Shown: piece after piece, positions 38,339 through 47,327 of the stretch
Layout of the letters: every line of letters begins with the position of its first letter
Numbering within the stretch: position 1 is the first letter of the stretch
IMG/VR virus record: IMGVR_UViG_3300028045_000016
Span: 1 to 57,630 of that record
DNA length: 57,630 nucleotides
Direction: 5' to 3' (one strand)
Source: a virus
Lineage: Duplodnaviria > Caudoviricetes
The notes under the pieces: model-generated
Told to the model about the DNA's origin: nothing
The model's input: only the letters and a program-made list of their open reading frames with translations
Databases searched by the model: none
Made by a program: the position numbers and the translations under genes

Positions 38339-40752
38339 AGTTCAAGGTTCTGTTGTACCTCACCTTCAGTCTTAGGTCTGATTCTAAACCATCTACCACT
38401 ATTATCTCTGCCCTCTTCAGGTTTCAATCCGGTTAAGTGTGTGCCATAAGAGTGCAACCATCTATAGAATCTTGTGCGACTGATTGTCATCTTAGCTTTT
38501 GGTCCATAGTCAGGATACTCTCCAATGAAATCAAAGTAAAGGTCCTGCATCGGGAGTCTTGCATTAACTCTAAGGCTTTCATTTTTCTTGTGACCATCTA
38601 CTAACCCAACCCATTCAATAAAATCGTGAGATGTTTCTGCAGACAGTTGTCTGATTTGTAGGTTAACAAACTGACTCTTAACTAAACCTGTGTTTAAATA
38701 ATCCTGTAAACAAGTAGTCATAAAATTATCAAACAAACACCATTCATCCTCGTTCCATTCAGCAAAGAAATGTTTTCCAAACTCATCCATTGGTGTGAAT
38801 GTTTTGGTATAGTACTGATGTAATTCTATCTCCCACTTTCTACGAGCAAACGAATTACCTGAACCCTTGATAGCATAGTTAGTTGTTATTCCAATCTTAG
38901 GTGACTTACTAAAAGGAATCTTAATAGCATCCTTATTCTTCTTCTCTAAGGTTAAACCCTCAGTCACAACACTAAACAATCTTTCAAAATCAAAATGTTT
39001 TTTAACATCATCGAAGCAAAGTATTTGTGTATCTGCTGATACTAACTGATAGGGAAATGATTTCTCAAAAGCAAAAGCTTTACCGTCAATCACAACAACC
39101 TTCTTCATTTGTGATAGTGCATTCATAAACAAACCTTTACCTGTACCACCTTCAGGGTTGTCAGATATTACCTCATCGTTTAATATAACTGCAGGACAAT
39201 AGCTTAAATTTTTATAACCGTGCATTAAGAATCCTATCGTAGATTCTAAAGTCTTAACTCTTTCCTCGTTGTTGTTGCAAATGTTTCCAATGAACCTTGA
39301 GTAATCACATTGATGCTCATCACAAATCCTAAACTTTCGTGGGATGATGTGGTCCTTCCAAACGTATCCACCTAAATCTAAATAGTCAATTGGTTCAATA
39401 GTACCCTTTGATATTTTTACTGCACAGTTTTGATAGTATAAATATGCAGAGTCTTTAGTGTCCTCTATGAAGTAAATATCTATAGTTGATAGTAGAGTAA
39501 GGAACTCTTCTCTAAAGTATCTAACGTGGTCTGCAAAGTGATTGTAGATACTTAAATCATCTATGTCTTGCAGGTAGTTTAATATAAAATCTTTTATTTC
39601 TTTCTCTGAGGTATGGTCTATTAAGTTATTAGTAACCTTAACGAACACATAATTCCGGCTACCTTCAGGACAGTACTTATAAAATCCATTCTCTTCTAGG
39701 AATTTTTTAAATGAGAAGTGAACAATCTTTATTGTACCCTTATCATTCTTCTCCCAAAACATTTGCTTTGCCTGTTCCTTTTCAATCTTATTTATAACAG
39801 ATGTAATTGCTTCGCCATCAATCCCTGCCTCTGTTAATTGGTGACGGATTTCTTTTTTTGATACACCTCTTCTTATCTTATCTTTAATTAACTGTACTCT
39901 CTCATCATCTTCATAGTACTTGGTATTAAAGTTTGTTGTATTAGCGTATGCTGATTCAATTGTTCTTGTGATTTCTGATTGAGGAAAACCTTTAGTCTCA
40001 TATTGGTTTAAGATATACCCTGCTAATGATTTGCTTATTCCATAATCATTAAAAGCCATAGCTAAAACAAAACAGTTTTGGTTTCTCTGACCCTCAGTCA
40101 TTGGATACTTTTTAGTCCACCACTTTACTAGAATGTCTACTACCTTATTCTCATCGGTGATTGGTATCGTTGGTGCATCTTGATAGGAATTCATTTCCTG
40201 ATATTCCTTTTCAGATATTGTATCCCATAGTTGTGAGTTTGGATTCACATAAAGTAATGGGTCATACGATTCATAACAAACCCTTGAAACATTCTTACAC
40301 ATCTTATCAAAGTAAGGTGAGTCAAAATATTTTTCTAATGCATTGAAGTAACTAATATGATTATCATTATTGGCAGGTATCTTAACCAAAACCTTTAAGC
40401 CATTACCTGATGGTGATATAAATACTGAATAAATATATTGGTCCTTGGTAAGTTTTTCTTTGTGCTCAAGAAGTAACTTTGTTTTTTCATACCCATCAAA
40501 GTCTAAGCAAATAATTCCTGAGTGCTCAACTAATGCTGAGTCTTTTCTTTTATTAAATACCCCGGAGAAACATAATGCAGGTAGCTTTTTCTTTAATTCA
40601 TTTCTCTCGGTCTTGTCCTTTGTGCTTCTTATATTCTTAACTAATTTCTTTGAAGCACCATCCTTGATTCTATCTAGGATTACATCCACCTCTCTATGAA
40701 ATGGAGTGTCTGTTTCTTTTATATTCTGAAAGATTGTAACCTTTGGTGTCAT
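38335..40752 (-). CDS. Primase-helicase (VirE-N/BT4734-like primase, PriCT, SF3/D5-like helicase)
   Basis: KKKLP..SG.ICLDFD, FISPSGNGLK, GQRN PriCT motif, Walker A GGTGKG, FDD, TTNY. Confidence 0.85.
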   Translation of the reverse strand: MTPKVTIFQNIKETDTPFHREVDVILDRIKDGASKKLVKNIRSTKDKTERNELKKKLPALCFSGVFNKRKDSALVEHSGIICLDFDGYEKTKLLLEHKEKLTKDQYIYSVFISPSGNGLKVLVKIPANNDNHISYFNALEKYFDSPYFDKMCKNVSRVCYESYDPLLYVNPNSQLWDTISEKEYQEMNSYQDAPTIPITDENKVVDILVKWWTKKYPMTEGQRNQNCFVLAMAFNDYGISKSLAGYILNQYETKGFPQSEITRTIESAYANTTNFNTKYYEDDERVQLIKDKIRRGVSKKEIRHQLTEAGIDGEAITSVINKIEKEQAKQMFWEKNDKGTIKIVHFSFKKFLEENGFYKYCPEGSRNYVFVKVTNNLIDHTSEKEIKDFILNYLQDIDDLSIYNHFADHVRYFREEFLTLLSTIDIYFIEDTKDSAYLYYQNCAVKISKGTIEPIDYLDLGGYVWKDHIIPRKFRICDEHQCDYSRFIGNICNNNEERVKTLESTIGFLMHGYKNLSYCPAVILNDEVISDNPEGGTGKGLFMNALSQMKKVVVIDGKAFAFEKSFPYQLVSADTQILCFDDVKKHFDFERLFSVVTEGLTLEKKNKDAIKIPFSKSPKIGITTNYAIKGSGNSFARRKWEIELHQYYTKTFTPMDEFGKHFFAEWNEDEWCLFDNFMTTCLQDYLNTGLVKSQFVNLQIRQLSAETSHDFIEWVGLVDGHKKNESLRVNARLPMQDLYFDFIGEYPDYGPKAKMTISRTRFYRWLHSYGTHLTGLKPEEGRDNSGRWFRIRPKTEGEVQQNLEL

Positions 40753-40755
40753 AAC

Positions 40756-40828
40756 TGTGTTGATTTTGTGTTGATTTAATTTTCCTAAGTGATTGATTCT
40801 CAGGACTTGTGTTGATAATGTTGATTTT
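40756..40828. repeat. Iteron-like element copy 1 (four GTGTTGAT-like repeats around an IHF-like site)
   Basis: Repeats at 40756, 40767, 40808 and 40818. TAAGTGATTGATT is the reverse complement of WATCAANNNNTTR. Confidence 0.75.
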
Positions 40829-40914
40829 TTCTTCTCGTATTAAGGAAGAATAGTAAGTTGTAAAGATAATTAAAAGTATAGATATCCACAACATTTTCAA
40901 CATCTATTGGGTAG

Positions 40915-40940
40915 AAAAAAGGGGGAAATTAATCCCCCTT
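40915..40940 (-). terminator. Rho-independent terminator after ssb
   Basis: Minus strand reads GGGGGA-TTAAT-TTCCCCC then T6. Confidence 0.8.
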
Positions 40941-40961
40941 GATTGCTACTAATCTGTGGTT

Positions 40962-41231
40962 CTAGAATGGTAGGTCCACCTCTTCCTTAGAAGCTTCCTG
41001 CTTAGGAGCATTGTCCTGTTTAGGTTTAGCTTCCCAAGTATCTAACTCGCAATAGTAGTTACCTCCTTTTGCACGTTTGATGTCTAGGTTTACCCATCCA
41101 TTCTTAGCATTTGCTTTCAAGAAAGCAATACCTTCATCCACTTTAATTGATTGCTTCCCTACTACAAATTCAGGAGCGTTGTCATTTCTCTTAAAAGAGA
41201 AACCGTCTGCAAAGATTTTTTCTTCTGCCAT
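40962..41231 (-). CDS. Putative single-stranded DNA-binding protein
   Basis: Short beta-rich core, flexible linker and acidic EEVDLPF tail. Confidence 0.65.
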   Translation of the reverse strand: MAEEKIFADGFSFKRNDNAPEFVVGKQSIKVDEGIAFLKANAKNGWVNLDIKRAKGGNYYCELDTWEAKPKQDNAPKQEASKEEVDLPF

Positions 41232-41233
41232 TT

Positions 41234-41383
41234 TTAATTGATTTTAATTGTGTGTTCCAAGTGATTAATAATTCCAATGATAAGTTCGTCCTTATCATCT
41301 CGGGTAGCACAGTTGATTGGAACTTCCAACCACATTACCCGGCACTTTTTTCTTTTAAAGAGTTTCTTCAATATAGTATTCAT
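41234..41383 (-). CDS. Small ORF (49 aa) not in the track
   Basis: MNTILKKLFKRKKCRVMWLEVPINCATRDDKDELIIGIINHLEHTIKIN fills the gap and ends 2 nt before the ssb ATG. Confidence 0.4.
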   Translation of the reverse strand: MNTILKKLFKRKKCRVMWLEVPINCATRDDKDELIIGIINHLEHTIKIN

Positions 41384-42077
41384 TGATATCATATTTAGGA
41401 TTCTCACTAAAGAAATTCTTATAAACCTCTATGGCTCTAATAACTTTCTGTTCTCCCCTGTCTACAAATTCTTGTGACGGTTTGAATATTCCAAGCTGCT
41501 TACTTGTTTTATCTACCACATAAAATACTAATGGCTTACCGAAAAGCTTTTGATAAATGAAACATTGACTGTCATAATTATATTTACGAGCCGACCACTT
41601 GAACTCAGAAATTGAACCACTTGTTTTTAAATCAATAAGTTTATCAGGACAAACAATATCTGCTTTGCCTTTCCAAGTTATGCCGTGTATCTCTGCTATT
41701 GCAGGTACCTCATACTCACAACCCTTCTCTCTGATTCCTTCAAAGAATGGTAGGTTTCCCATCATTGCCTGAACACAATCTCTAATCTCTTGTCCTTCCT
41801 TCTCAAGCATAATGATTCCATTGACTGCCTGTTCTTTATAAGCCTTGGTGTTTCTTGAAGATACGTCTACAAAGTTAGTCTCTGCAGCTTTCTCCGGCTC
41901 AAGTATTAACTGATGAAAATATCTACCCTTATGAAAGTTAACGTTATCATCTTGAGGTTTTCTAAATTGAGTTGGATTACTTAGAAGAGTTCCAATGTCT
42001 GAGTTAGAAAGATACTGCTTTCCAAATGCTCCGTAATATTCAGAGTCATCTCTTAGTTTGTTTAGTATATCCTTCAT
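41355..42077 (-). CDS. RecE/exonuclease VIII-like PD-(D/E)XK exonuclease (DUF3799-like)
   Basis: YLSNSDI, GRYFH..LEP, KGKADI..IDLKTS, YNYDSQ..Y. Confidence 0.8.
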   Translation of the reverse strand: MKDILNKLRDDSEYYGAFGKQYLSNSDIGTLLSNPTQFRKPQDDNVNFHKGRYFHQLILEPEKAAETNFVDVSSRNTKAYKEQAVNGIIMLEKEGQEIRDCVQAMMGNLPFFEGIREKGCEYEVPAIAEIHGITWKGKADIVCPDKLIDLKTSGSISEFKWSARKYNYDSQCFIYQKLFGKPLVFYVVDKTSKQLGIFKPSQEFVDRGEQKVIRAIEVYKNFFSENPKYDINEYYIEETL

Positions 42078-42751
42078 TACTTTATAAGGTTTTTAATTTC
42101 ATTCTTTACACTAGCACTCAAAGAATACTTAGTACCTATCTTATCACAAAGCTTCTTGAATCCTAGTGCTTTGTTTTCTTTACAGAAATTAGCCATTGCA
42201 TCCCACTTATCATCACCAACTTTTAGTATTGGTTTAGTACTTCCCTTTACCGGTGTTGTAGTAACCTTTGGCTTTACCTTGGCAACCTCTTCATCCATAG
42301 GCATATCCTCACCTGCATAAATATAAATCCCCATACCAAACATCGCTAGGTTCTTTACTAAACATCTCATTAATGTTTTATTAATATCAAAAGATGTTGC
42401 TGCAGCTACCTGCTTCTCACCATATCTTGTGGTGTAAGAGTAAGGAACTTTTCTCATTGCTTGATTCTTACTATCCATTACCGGCAACCACATTGAAAGT
42501 GTCTCGCCTTCGATAGTTACATTAGTCTCACACATAAACCCTAGCATCTCATCGTATACATAAGGATTCCCGTGCTCATCTTTTACTATCTCGTATGTAG
42601 CATCCGGACAAACCTTTTTAGTTTCTGCCCAAGCATATGCCCAAGATAAATAAGTTAGATTGTTTTTCTTTTCAATGTACTTGTTTACATTGACTGATGA
42701 AAGCTTCTCAAATGTTGTAAGCTTTGTTTTAGTTTGCGTTTTTGTCGCCAT
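42077..42751 (-). CDS. Sak/Rad52-like single-strand annealing protein (DUF1071-like)
   Basis: LTYLSWAYAW, MWLPVMD, INKTLMRCLVKNLAMFGMGIYIYAGED. Confidence 0.85.
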   Translation of the reverse strand: MATKTQTKTKLTTFEKLSSVNVNKYIEKKNNLTYLSWAYAWAETKKVCPDATYEIVKDEHGNPYVYDEMLGFMCETNVTIEGETLSMWLPVMDSKNQAMRKVPYSYTTRYGEKQVAAATSFDINKTLMRCLVKNLAMFGMGIYIYAGEDMPMDEEVAKVKPKVTTTPVKGSTKPILKVGDDKWDAMANFCKENKALGFKKLCDKIGTKYSLSASVKNEIKNLIK

Positions 42752-43163
42752 AATTATTTGATTTTAATTGATTAAATTTTTTATTGATTTCACTATACTG
42801 ATTCATTACCCTAGTCCGTTGACTCTTTAGTAAGGAAATTTGTTTAGATGATTTGTTACCGTTCATATGCTTCTGAATCCTTTGTTCTATCATCAGTAGT
42901 TTTGTACGGTAGTTAGACAAAGCTAAGACATAAACTCCACTTCTCCAACCTTTTTCTCTGAAAACATTTAACTCATCTAGTGTTAGGGGTTTGTAGTAAT
43001 CTCCTCCGGACATTGTGTTTAACATCTCAATCCGTTTTGATTCACTATCTTTTACAATCTTAATCCCATACACTAACCTTGATAAATATCCTTCACCATC
43101 TAGAGATATTGCATAGTCATCTTCCAATGACTGCTCAAATATTTCTTCTAAACTAAACTTCAC
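42729..43163 (-). CDS. Hypothetical protein
   Basis: 144-aa ORF in the operon. Confidence 0.65.
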   Translation of the reverse strand: MKFSLEEIFEQSLEDDYAISLDGEGYLSRLVYGIKIVKDSESKRIEMLNTMSGGDYYKPLTLDELNVFREKGWRSGVYVLALSNYRTKLLMIEQRIQKHMNGNKSSKQISLLKSQRTRVMNQYSEINKKFNQLKSNNYGDKNAN

Positions 43164-43449
43164 TTAAAATACTTTCTATAGTCTCGTTCCAATCTGCATC
43201 ATCCTCAACTTTCTTTTTTACTTGAGCAATGCCGTGATGAATTGAACTGTGGTTAATGTTGTATCCGTTTTCAGCCATATACTCTTGGATGTAAACTAAT
43301 CTCATTGGTCTTTGTGAACAGAGAAAATAAAGAAGATGCCTTGCATCTACAATATCTCTTCGCTTAGTCTTAGTAAATAGTGATTCACTATCTAGGTTAA
43401 ACAGGTAACATACCTTGCTCACATACTGATTAAAAATTTTCGTCTTCAC
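43153..43449 (-). CDS. DnaA domain IV-like HTH protein
   Basis: KTKRRDIVDARHLLYFLC..I..NHSSIHHG. Confidence 0.75.
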   Translation of the reverse strand: MKTKIFNQYVSKVCYLFNLDSESLFTKTKRRDIVDARHLLYFLCSQRPMRLVYIQEYMAENGYNINHSSIHHGIAQVKKKVEDDADWNETIESILSEV

Positions 43450-43633
43450 TTGATTTTGATTTTACTCTTCTTGCTCCAAAGATTTCTCCCCAAGCTTCAA
43501 AGATTTCGTTTAGTACTTCAGAATTTTGTTGGCTATGATACTCAGCAACCTGATAAGTATCGTCAAGGAAATCACCTAAAGTTTGTGAGTCCTCTTCCCT
43601 CTGTTCAATGAACATTTCTTTTGATTTTGACAT
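43430..43633 (-). CDS. Hypothetical acidic protein
   Basis: 67 aa, preceded by a TAAATTTG promoter at 43659-43666. Confidence 0.6.
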   Translation of the reverse strand: MSKSKEMFIEQREEDSQTLGDFLDDTYQVAEYHSQQNSEVLNEIFEAWGEIFGARRVKSKSSEDENF

Positions 43634-43691
43634 ATGATTTAATTTAATTGATTGAATGCAAATTTAAACTATTTAGAATTGTTTTCCAAAT

Positions 43692-43982
43692 TTAGTCTAA
43701 CTTTTTTTTAAATTCTTTTAACTCTTCCTTCTTGACTTGGACCCTGTAAAGTATCAGGTATCCAATTAAATCAAGAACAGTATCTTCTGTTTTATCATTG
43801 ATACCTACGGTCTTTATCCTGCTTAGTTTATCATCTATCCTTGCAAGGATTCCTTCCTTAGGTGATAGCTTAGAAAAGATTTTAGGTGGCTCGTTGGCAG
43901 TATCTCCATAAGCTTTATTCTTTTCTATTAAAAGCATTACAACTTCTCTGCCTACTTCTTTTATAATATCTTCTGTCTTCAT
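43692..43982 (-). CDS. Nucleotide modification-associated domain 1 (DUF1599/Nmad1-like)
   Basis: KNKAYGD..RIDDKLSRI..EDTVLDLIGY. Confidence 0.8.
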   Translation of the reverse strand: MKTEDIIKEVGREVVMLLIEKNKAYGDTANEPPKIFSKLSPKEGILARIDDKLSRIKTVGINDKTEDTVLDLIGYLILYRVQVKKEELKEFKKKLD

Positions 43983-44335
43983 TCTGAATCAAATATAATT
44001 GAACACATAAATTTTTCTAATGCAGCTAAAGATTTAAGTTGCTTGATGTTGTTTGCATCGTTGTCCCAATAGTGTTTGTCACCAATGACTTGAATATACA
44101 TACCTCCTAGATAAGTATAAACTTCTGTGCATTCCGGATGTACTTCGGGTGGGTTGGCAAATCTAAATAAGAACTCTTCCTTAGTTAGTCTTGCTCTTGT
44201 TTTTCTATAGTGCTTGGCACCATAAGATTTGTTGTCGATTGCCTGTTGAAGCTTTTGAATCTCCAACTTGTGGTCCTGCGAGGTATCATACTTTAACTCA
44301 AGTAGATGCTCTCTTTGTATGTAATTATAATTCAT
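43979..44335 (-). CDS. Hypothetical protein
   Basis: 118-aa ORF. Confidence 0.6.
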   Translation of the reverse strand: MNYNYIQREHLLELKYDTSQDHKLEIQKLQQAIDNKSYGAKHYRKTRARLTKEEFLFRFANPPEVHPECTEVYTYLGGMYIQVIGDKHYWDNDANNIKQLKSLAALEKFMCSIIFDSE

Positions 44336-44381
44336 TTAAAGTTATTTAATTTGTACTAAAATAATAAATTTATTGGACATT

Positions 44382-44633
44382 TTAAAATTTTATATCTGTT
44401 ACTTTAACGTACCAATATCCTGCAATACATTTTTTCTCTGCCTTATTGAACCAAGGTTCACCTTGTATCCAATGTGGTTTGCCCTCTTCGGGTTGCTCTA
44501 ATGCAGTCATTAACATTTGCAGTCCGGACATAACTCCTTCGTGCTCTGATTTGGAATGGCTATCGTTTACCCATTCATCATCGCTCATTATTTCATCAGC
44601 GATTTTTCTAATTTTTGACAGTTCTATTTTCAT
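44382..44633 (-). CDS. Hypothetical protein (start reassigned to ATG 44633)
   Basis: The MKIELSK start overlaps the stop of the upstream small ORF (ATGA). Confidence 0.55.
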   Translation of the reverse strand: MKIELSKIRKIADEIMSDDEWVNDSHSKSEHEGVMSGLQMLMTALEQPEEGKPHWIQGEPWFNKAEKKCIAGYWYVKVTDIKF

Positions 44634-44788
44634 AACATTTCTTTTTTTAATTTTTCTCTGTGGTCGCATAACAAATTCATAGCGAATTGTCTTGACCAAT
44701 TCTCATTGGCTATTGCTTCGTTGACCTCAGCCATATTCATTTTACTAATTGATTCGATAGTGTATACCGGTCCTTGACTATATCTCAT
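44630..44788 (-). CDS. Small ORF (52 aa) not in the track
   Basis: MRYSQGPVYTIESISKMNMAEVNEAIANENWSRQFAMNLLCDHREKLKKEML, overlaps both neighbours. Confidence 0.55.
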   Translation of the reverse strand: MRYSQGPVYTIESISKMNMAEVNEAIANENWSRQFAMNLLCDHREKLKKEML

Positions 44789-44969
44789 TTTTATCTTTCT
44801 TTAAATCTATAATTGTTATTGGAACATACATAGCTAGAACCCCTACAATAAACATAAGGGTTGCTACTGATTTGTCTCCATCTAGATAGCTAATGTATGC
44901 TGCCCTCCAAGTGTTGATACAGATGAACGCTGCAAATAAAATAATAAATACTCTTTGAATTTTTTTCAT
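44778..44969 (-). CDS. Two-TM small membrane protein
   Basis: 63 aa with two hydrophobic helices. Confidence 0.6.
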   Translation of the reverse strand: MKKIQRVFIILFAAFICINTWRAAYISYLDGDKSVATLMFIVGVLAMYVPITIIDLKKDKNEI

Positions 44970-44998
44970 TGGATATGATTTAGATTAATAATATTTTT

Positions 44999-45042
44999 TA
45001 CCACCAAAACCCGACCACTATTTCAAGGTCAGGTGAGGTGAG
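44999..45042 (-). other. Conserved hairpin leader element, copy A
   Basis: Minus strand ACCTGACC-TTGAAATAGT-GGTCGGGT-TTTGGTGGTA. Confidence 0.55.
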
Positions 45043-45074
45043 ATGCCTAGCACATCTTTCTAATTAATAATTAT

Positions 45075-45242
45075 CTAGGTTACTATGTAAACTTCATCTA
45101 AGAAGTATCCTTTGGTTCTACAGATATAGGATATAAAATTATCCATATGCTTTTGGTCTTTGAACTCCTTGGTTAGGGTCCAAAGAGATTTACCTTTGCC
45201 GTAGTTTATTTTGCCGGTCTCAAATTGTAGTGTTGCTTTCAT
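45075..45242 (-). CDS. Small ORF (55 aa) not in the track
   Basis: MKATLQFETG...DEVYIVT downstream of a TATATTTG promoter. Confidence 0.6.
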   Translation of the reverse strand: MKATLQFETGKINYGKGKSLWTLTKEFKDQKHMDNFISYICRTKGYFLDEVYIVT

Positions 45243-45260
45243 ATTTTTTTAATTAAAGTA

Positions 45261-45274
45261 CAAATATAGTCTAA
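45261..45274 (-). promoter_or_regulatory. Early promoter TTAGAC-TATATTTG
   Basis: -7 element with TTAGAC directly upstream, the same arrangement as at 48303 and 43687. Confidence 0.6.
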
Positions 45275-45279
45275 ATAAT

Positions 45280-45834
45280 TTATAATTCCAAATCTATTTT
45301 ATTCATCTTGTCTTCTATCTTCAGCCAATAGCCTAGCGTTGCTTTCTTTTTATGACCTCTGCCACCCCCATTCCATTTTCTAGCTACAGTCTCACAGAAC
45401 TCCATAAATGTTATGCCTATGCAACAGTACTCTTCTTCAGCCATTATATCAAACATATCAATTGACTTTTGTCTATCCCATCTATCTTCTAGAGTAAACC
45501 TTAAATCAGATTTATGCTTTCTTAAAACCCTGTTTACTTCTCTAACCATAATCGGTCTGATTTGTAAAACTCCTACTGCATTTTCTTTACGATTGTATGC
45601 CGAGTCTTGACCTCTGCTTTCTACCCATATTGTAGACTCTACAAAGTCCTGCCAATCTAACTCTCTGTATTCAATCACAGGGATGGTATCCTTAGTTGGC
45701 TCTATAGAATCTATGACTTGTTCTATGATTTCTTTCTGCTCTCTCACAGGGGTATGGTCCTTCAGTCCGAAAGCCATACCAATCCCTAGAGTCACAGGGA
45801 CTCCAAGGATTAGTTTTGCTATAGTTGTTTTCAT
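45280..45834 (-). CDS. Membrane-anchored lysozyme-fold/transglycosylase-like protein
   Basis: N-terminal hydrophobic anchor, VES catalytic Glu, AVGVLQI, ARKWNGG. Confidence 0.7.
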   Translation of the reverse strand: MKTTIAKLILGVPVTLGIGMAFGLKDHTPVREQKEIIEQVIDSIEPTKDTIPVIEYRELDWQDFVESTIWVESRGQDSAYNRKENAVGVLQIRPIMVREVNRVLRKHKSDLRFTLEDRWDRQKSIDMFDIMAEEEYCCIGITFMEFCETVARKWNGGGRGHKKKATLGYWLKIEDKMNKIDLEL

Positions 45835-45839
45835 ATATT

Positions 45840-46946
45840 TTATTTTTGTTTGTTAAATCTATCTGCCCAATTACTCCAATTAGAATAAGAAACTGCCTGT
45901 TCATCTTGCACCTTTGTTAACGTCAATGGCTCTTTGTTATTCCAAGTACTTATATCAAAGAATAATTTACTACCGGCTTTAAACGTAACAACCATCTTTC
46001 TGTTGGTGGTGGTGTACCGAGCCTTACCCTGTGTTATGGTCGCATTCGGGTATGCTTCTTTAATTAACTCTGATTGCTTATTGAACGCAGCTTCGTGCTC
46101 CATCCAAAGATTAAAACTGATTCGACAATTAGCGTTTCTCTCTTCAACCTTTTTAAGCATTCCTGCAGGTGTTAGTGCTCGGTTTGAACCTACAATGGTA
46201 TAAGACTCATACTTGTGCTCATTAGCTTTTTTAGATGGTGTTAACCAACGGCTTTTAAGATGTGGTGTTGTATCCTCATAATTAGATTCAGATGAAACAA
46301 AATCTACATACTTAATTTTTAGATTGCTTACTAATACTGAAATGCTAAAGGTATACTTCCTTCCATCTATGATTTGAGATTGGTATCTATCATATTCCTC
46401 GTGCTTTATTTTAACATTTTCATTGTCCATAAATCCGGCTCCAATAAACTTGGTCCAAGACTCAGTTACTAAAATGTTATTGGCATCTTCAGATACTTTT
46501 ATTTTATCCAATGCAGCGATATCTATTTTATCTCCTAGCTTTTCTTGTAGTTCTATAAATGCATCGCAGGTCTCTCCGTTTGGACTATAGTTATAATACA
46601 TATCCTGCTGAGGTAATGCTGATTCAATCCAACCAATCAACCTAGTGATTTGGCTTTCTGATTGCCATCCTAGAACATTGTTGTCGGTAGCGAATTCACC
46701 AACAAAAAATCTAGTTGATATCTCTTGTCTTTCGTCTTGGGTATCTTCCCATATCGCAACCTCAAAAGAAAGATATCTTCTGCGATTGTCAACCTTGTAG
46801 TAATCTCTTCCTACCGATGAGTAGAAACTTTCACCGGCAACTACTGATAGTTCGTACTTACCGATTTTTAATAATCCTTGTACACCTTCAGAGTTTCTGT
46901 GTTTCTTGAAAGTGATTGAGTCGAAGTTAAAAATTTGATTTTTCAT
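45840..46946 (-). CDS. Hypothetical early protein (multi-domain)
   Basis: 368 aa, N-terminal YELSVV..FEVAIW..VLGW domain. Confidence 0.65.
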   Translation of the reverse strand: MKNQIFNFDSITFKKHRNSEGVQGLLKIGKYELSVVAGESFYSSVGRDYYKVDNRRRYLSFEVAIWEDTQDERQEISTRFFVGEFATDNNVLGWQSESQITRLIGWIESALPQQDMYYNYSPNGETCDAFIELQEKLGDKIDIAALDKIKVSEDANNILVTESWTKFIGAGFMDNENVKIKHEEYDRYQSQIIDGRKYTFSISVLVSNLKIKYVDFVSSESNYEDTTPHLKSRWLTPSKKANEHKYESYTIVGSNRALTPAGMLKKVEERNANCRISFNLWMEHEAAFNKQSELIKEAYPNATITQGKARYTTTNRKMVVTFKAGSKLFFDISTWNNKEPLTLTKVQDEQAVSYSNWSNWADRFNKQK

Positions 46947-46975
46947 TTGATTTGATATTTATATTAATAATTTAG

Positions 46976-47239
46976 TTAAACGTATTTTACTACTTGTGTA
47001 TAGATTGGTCTCTTCGTTAAAACGATTCTTATTTGGTCATCTACATCAACGATAAATTGTTCGTCAGCCGTTGTACCGGTGTTTAAGATATTAGATGTAT
47101 CCAAGTCTAGTTTTTTAATCCAATGCTCTCTGATGTAAGCTAATGACTCTAAGGCTTTTTTCTTGTTTGTGAAATTGATATTCTCAAAGCAATAACCACT
47201 TGTCAAATTGAATCCGTGTAAGTTGTAAATGTATTTCAT
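46976..47239 (-). CDS. Hypothetical early protein (likely start MKYIY)
   Basis: ATG preceded by an AAATTCATATCAA leader like the one before ORF 44969. Confidence 0.55.
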   Translation of the reverse strand: MKYIYNLHGFNLTSGYCFENINFTNKKKALESLAYIREHWIKKLDLDTSNILNTGTTADEQFIVDVDDQIRIVLTKRPIYTQVVKYV

Positions 47240-47270
47240 TTGATATGAATTTAAATTAGGCAATATCACC

Positions 47271-47312
47271 TACCACCAAATCCCCACATCGTTTCTGATG
47301 TGAGGTTGGTAG
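47271..47312 (-). other. Conserved hairpin leader element, copy B
   Basis: Minus strand CTACCAA-CCTCACATC-AGAAAC-GATGTGGGG-ATTTGGTGGTA. Confidence 0.55.
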
Positions 47313-47327
47313 CTGAGGTTGGTTTTA

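Noticed and set aside
40694-40903. 69-aa minus-strand ORF upstream of the primase
   Set aside because: It overlies the iteron element and overlaps the primase start out of frame, so it is probably spurious.
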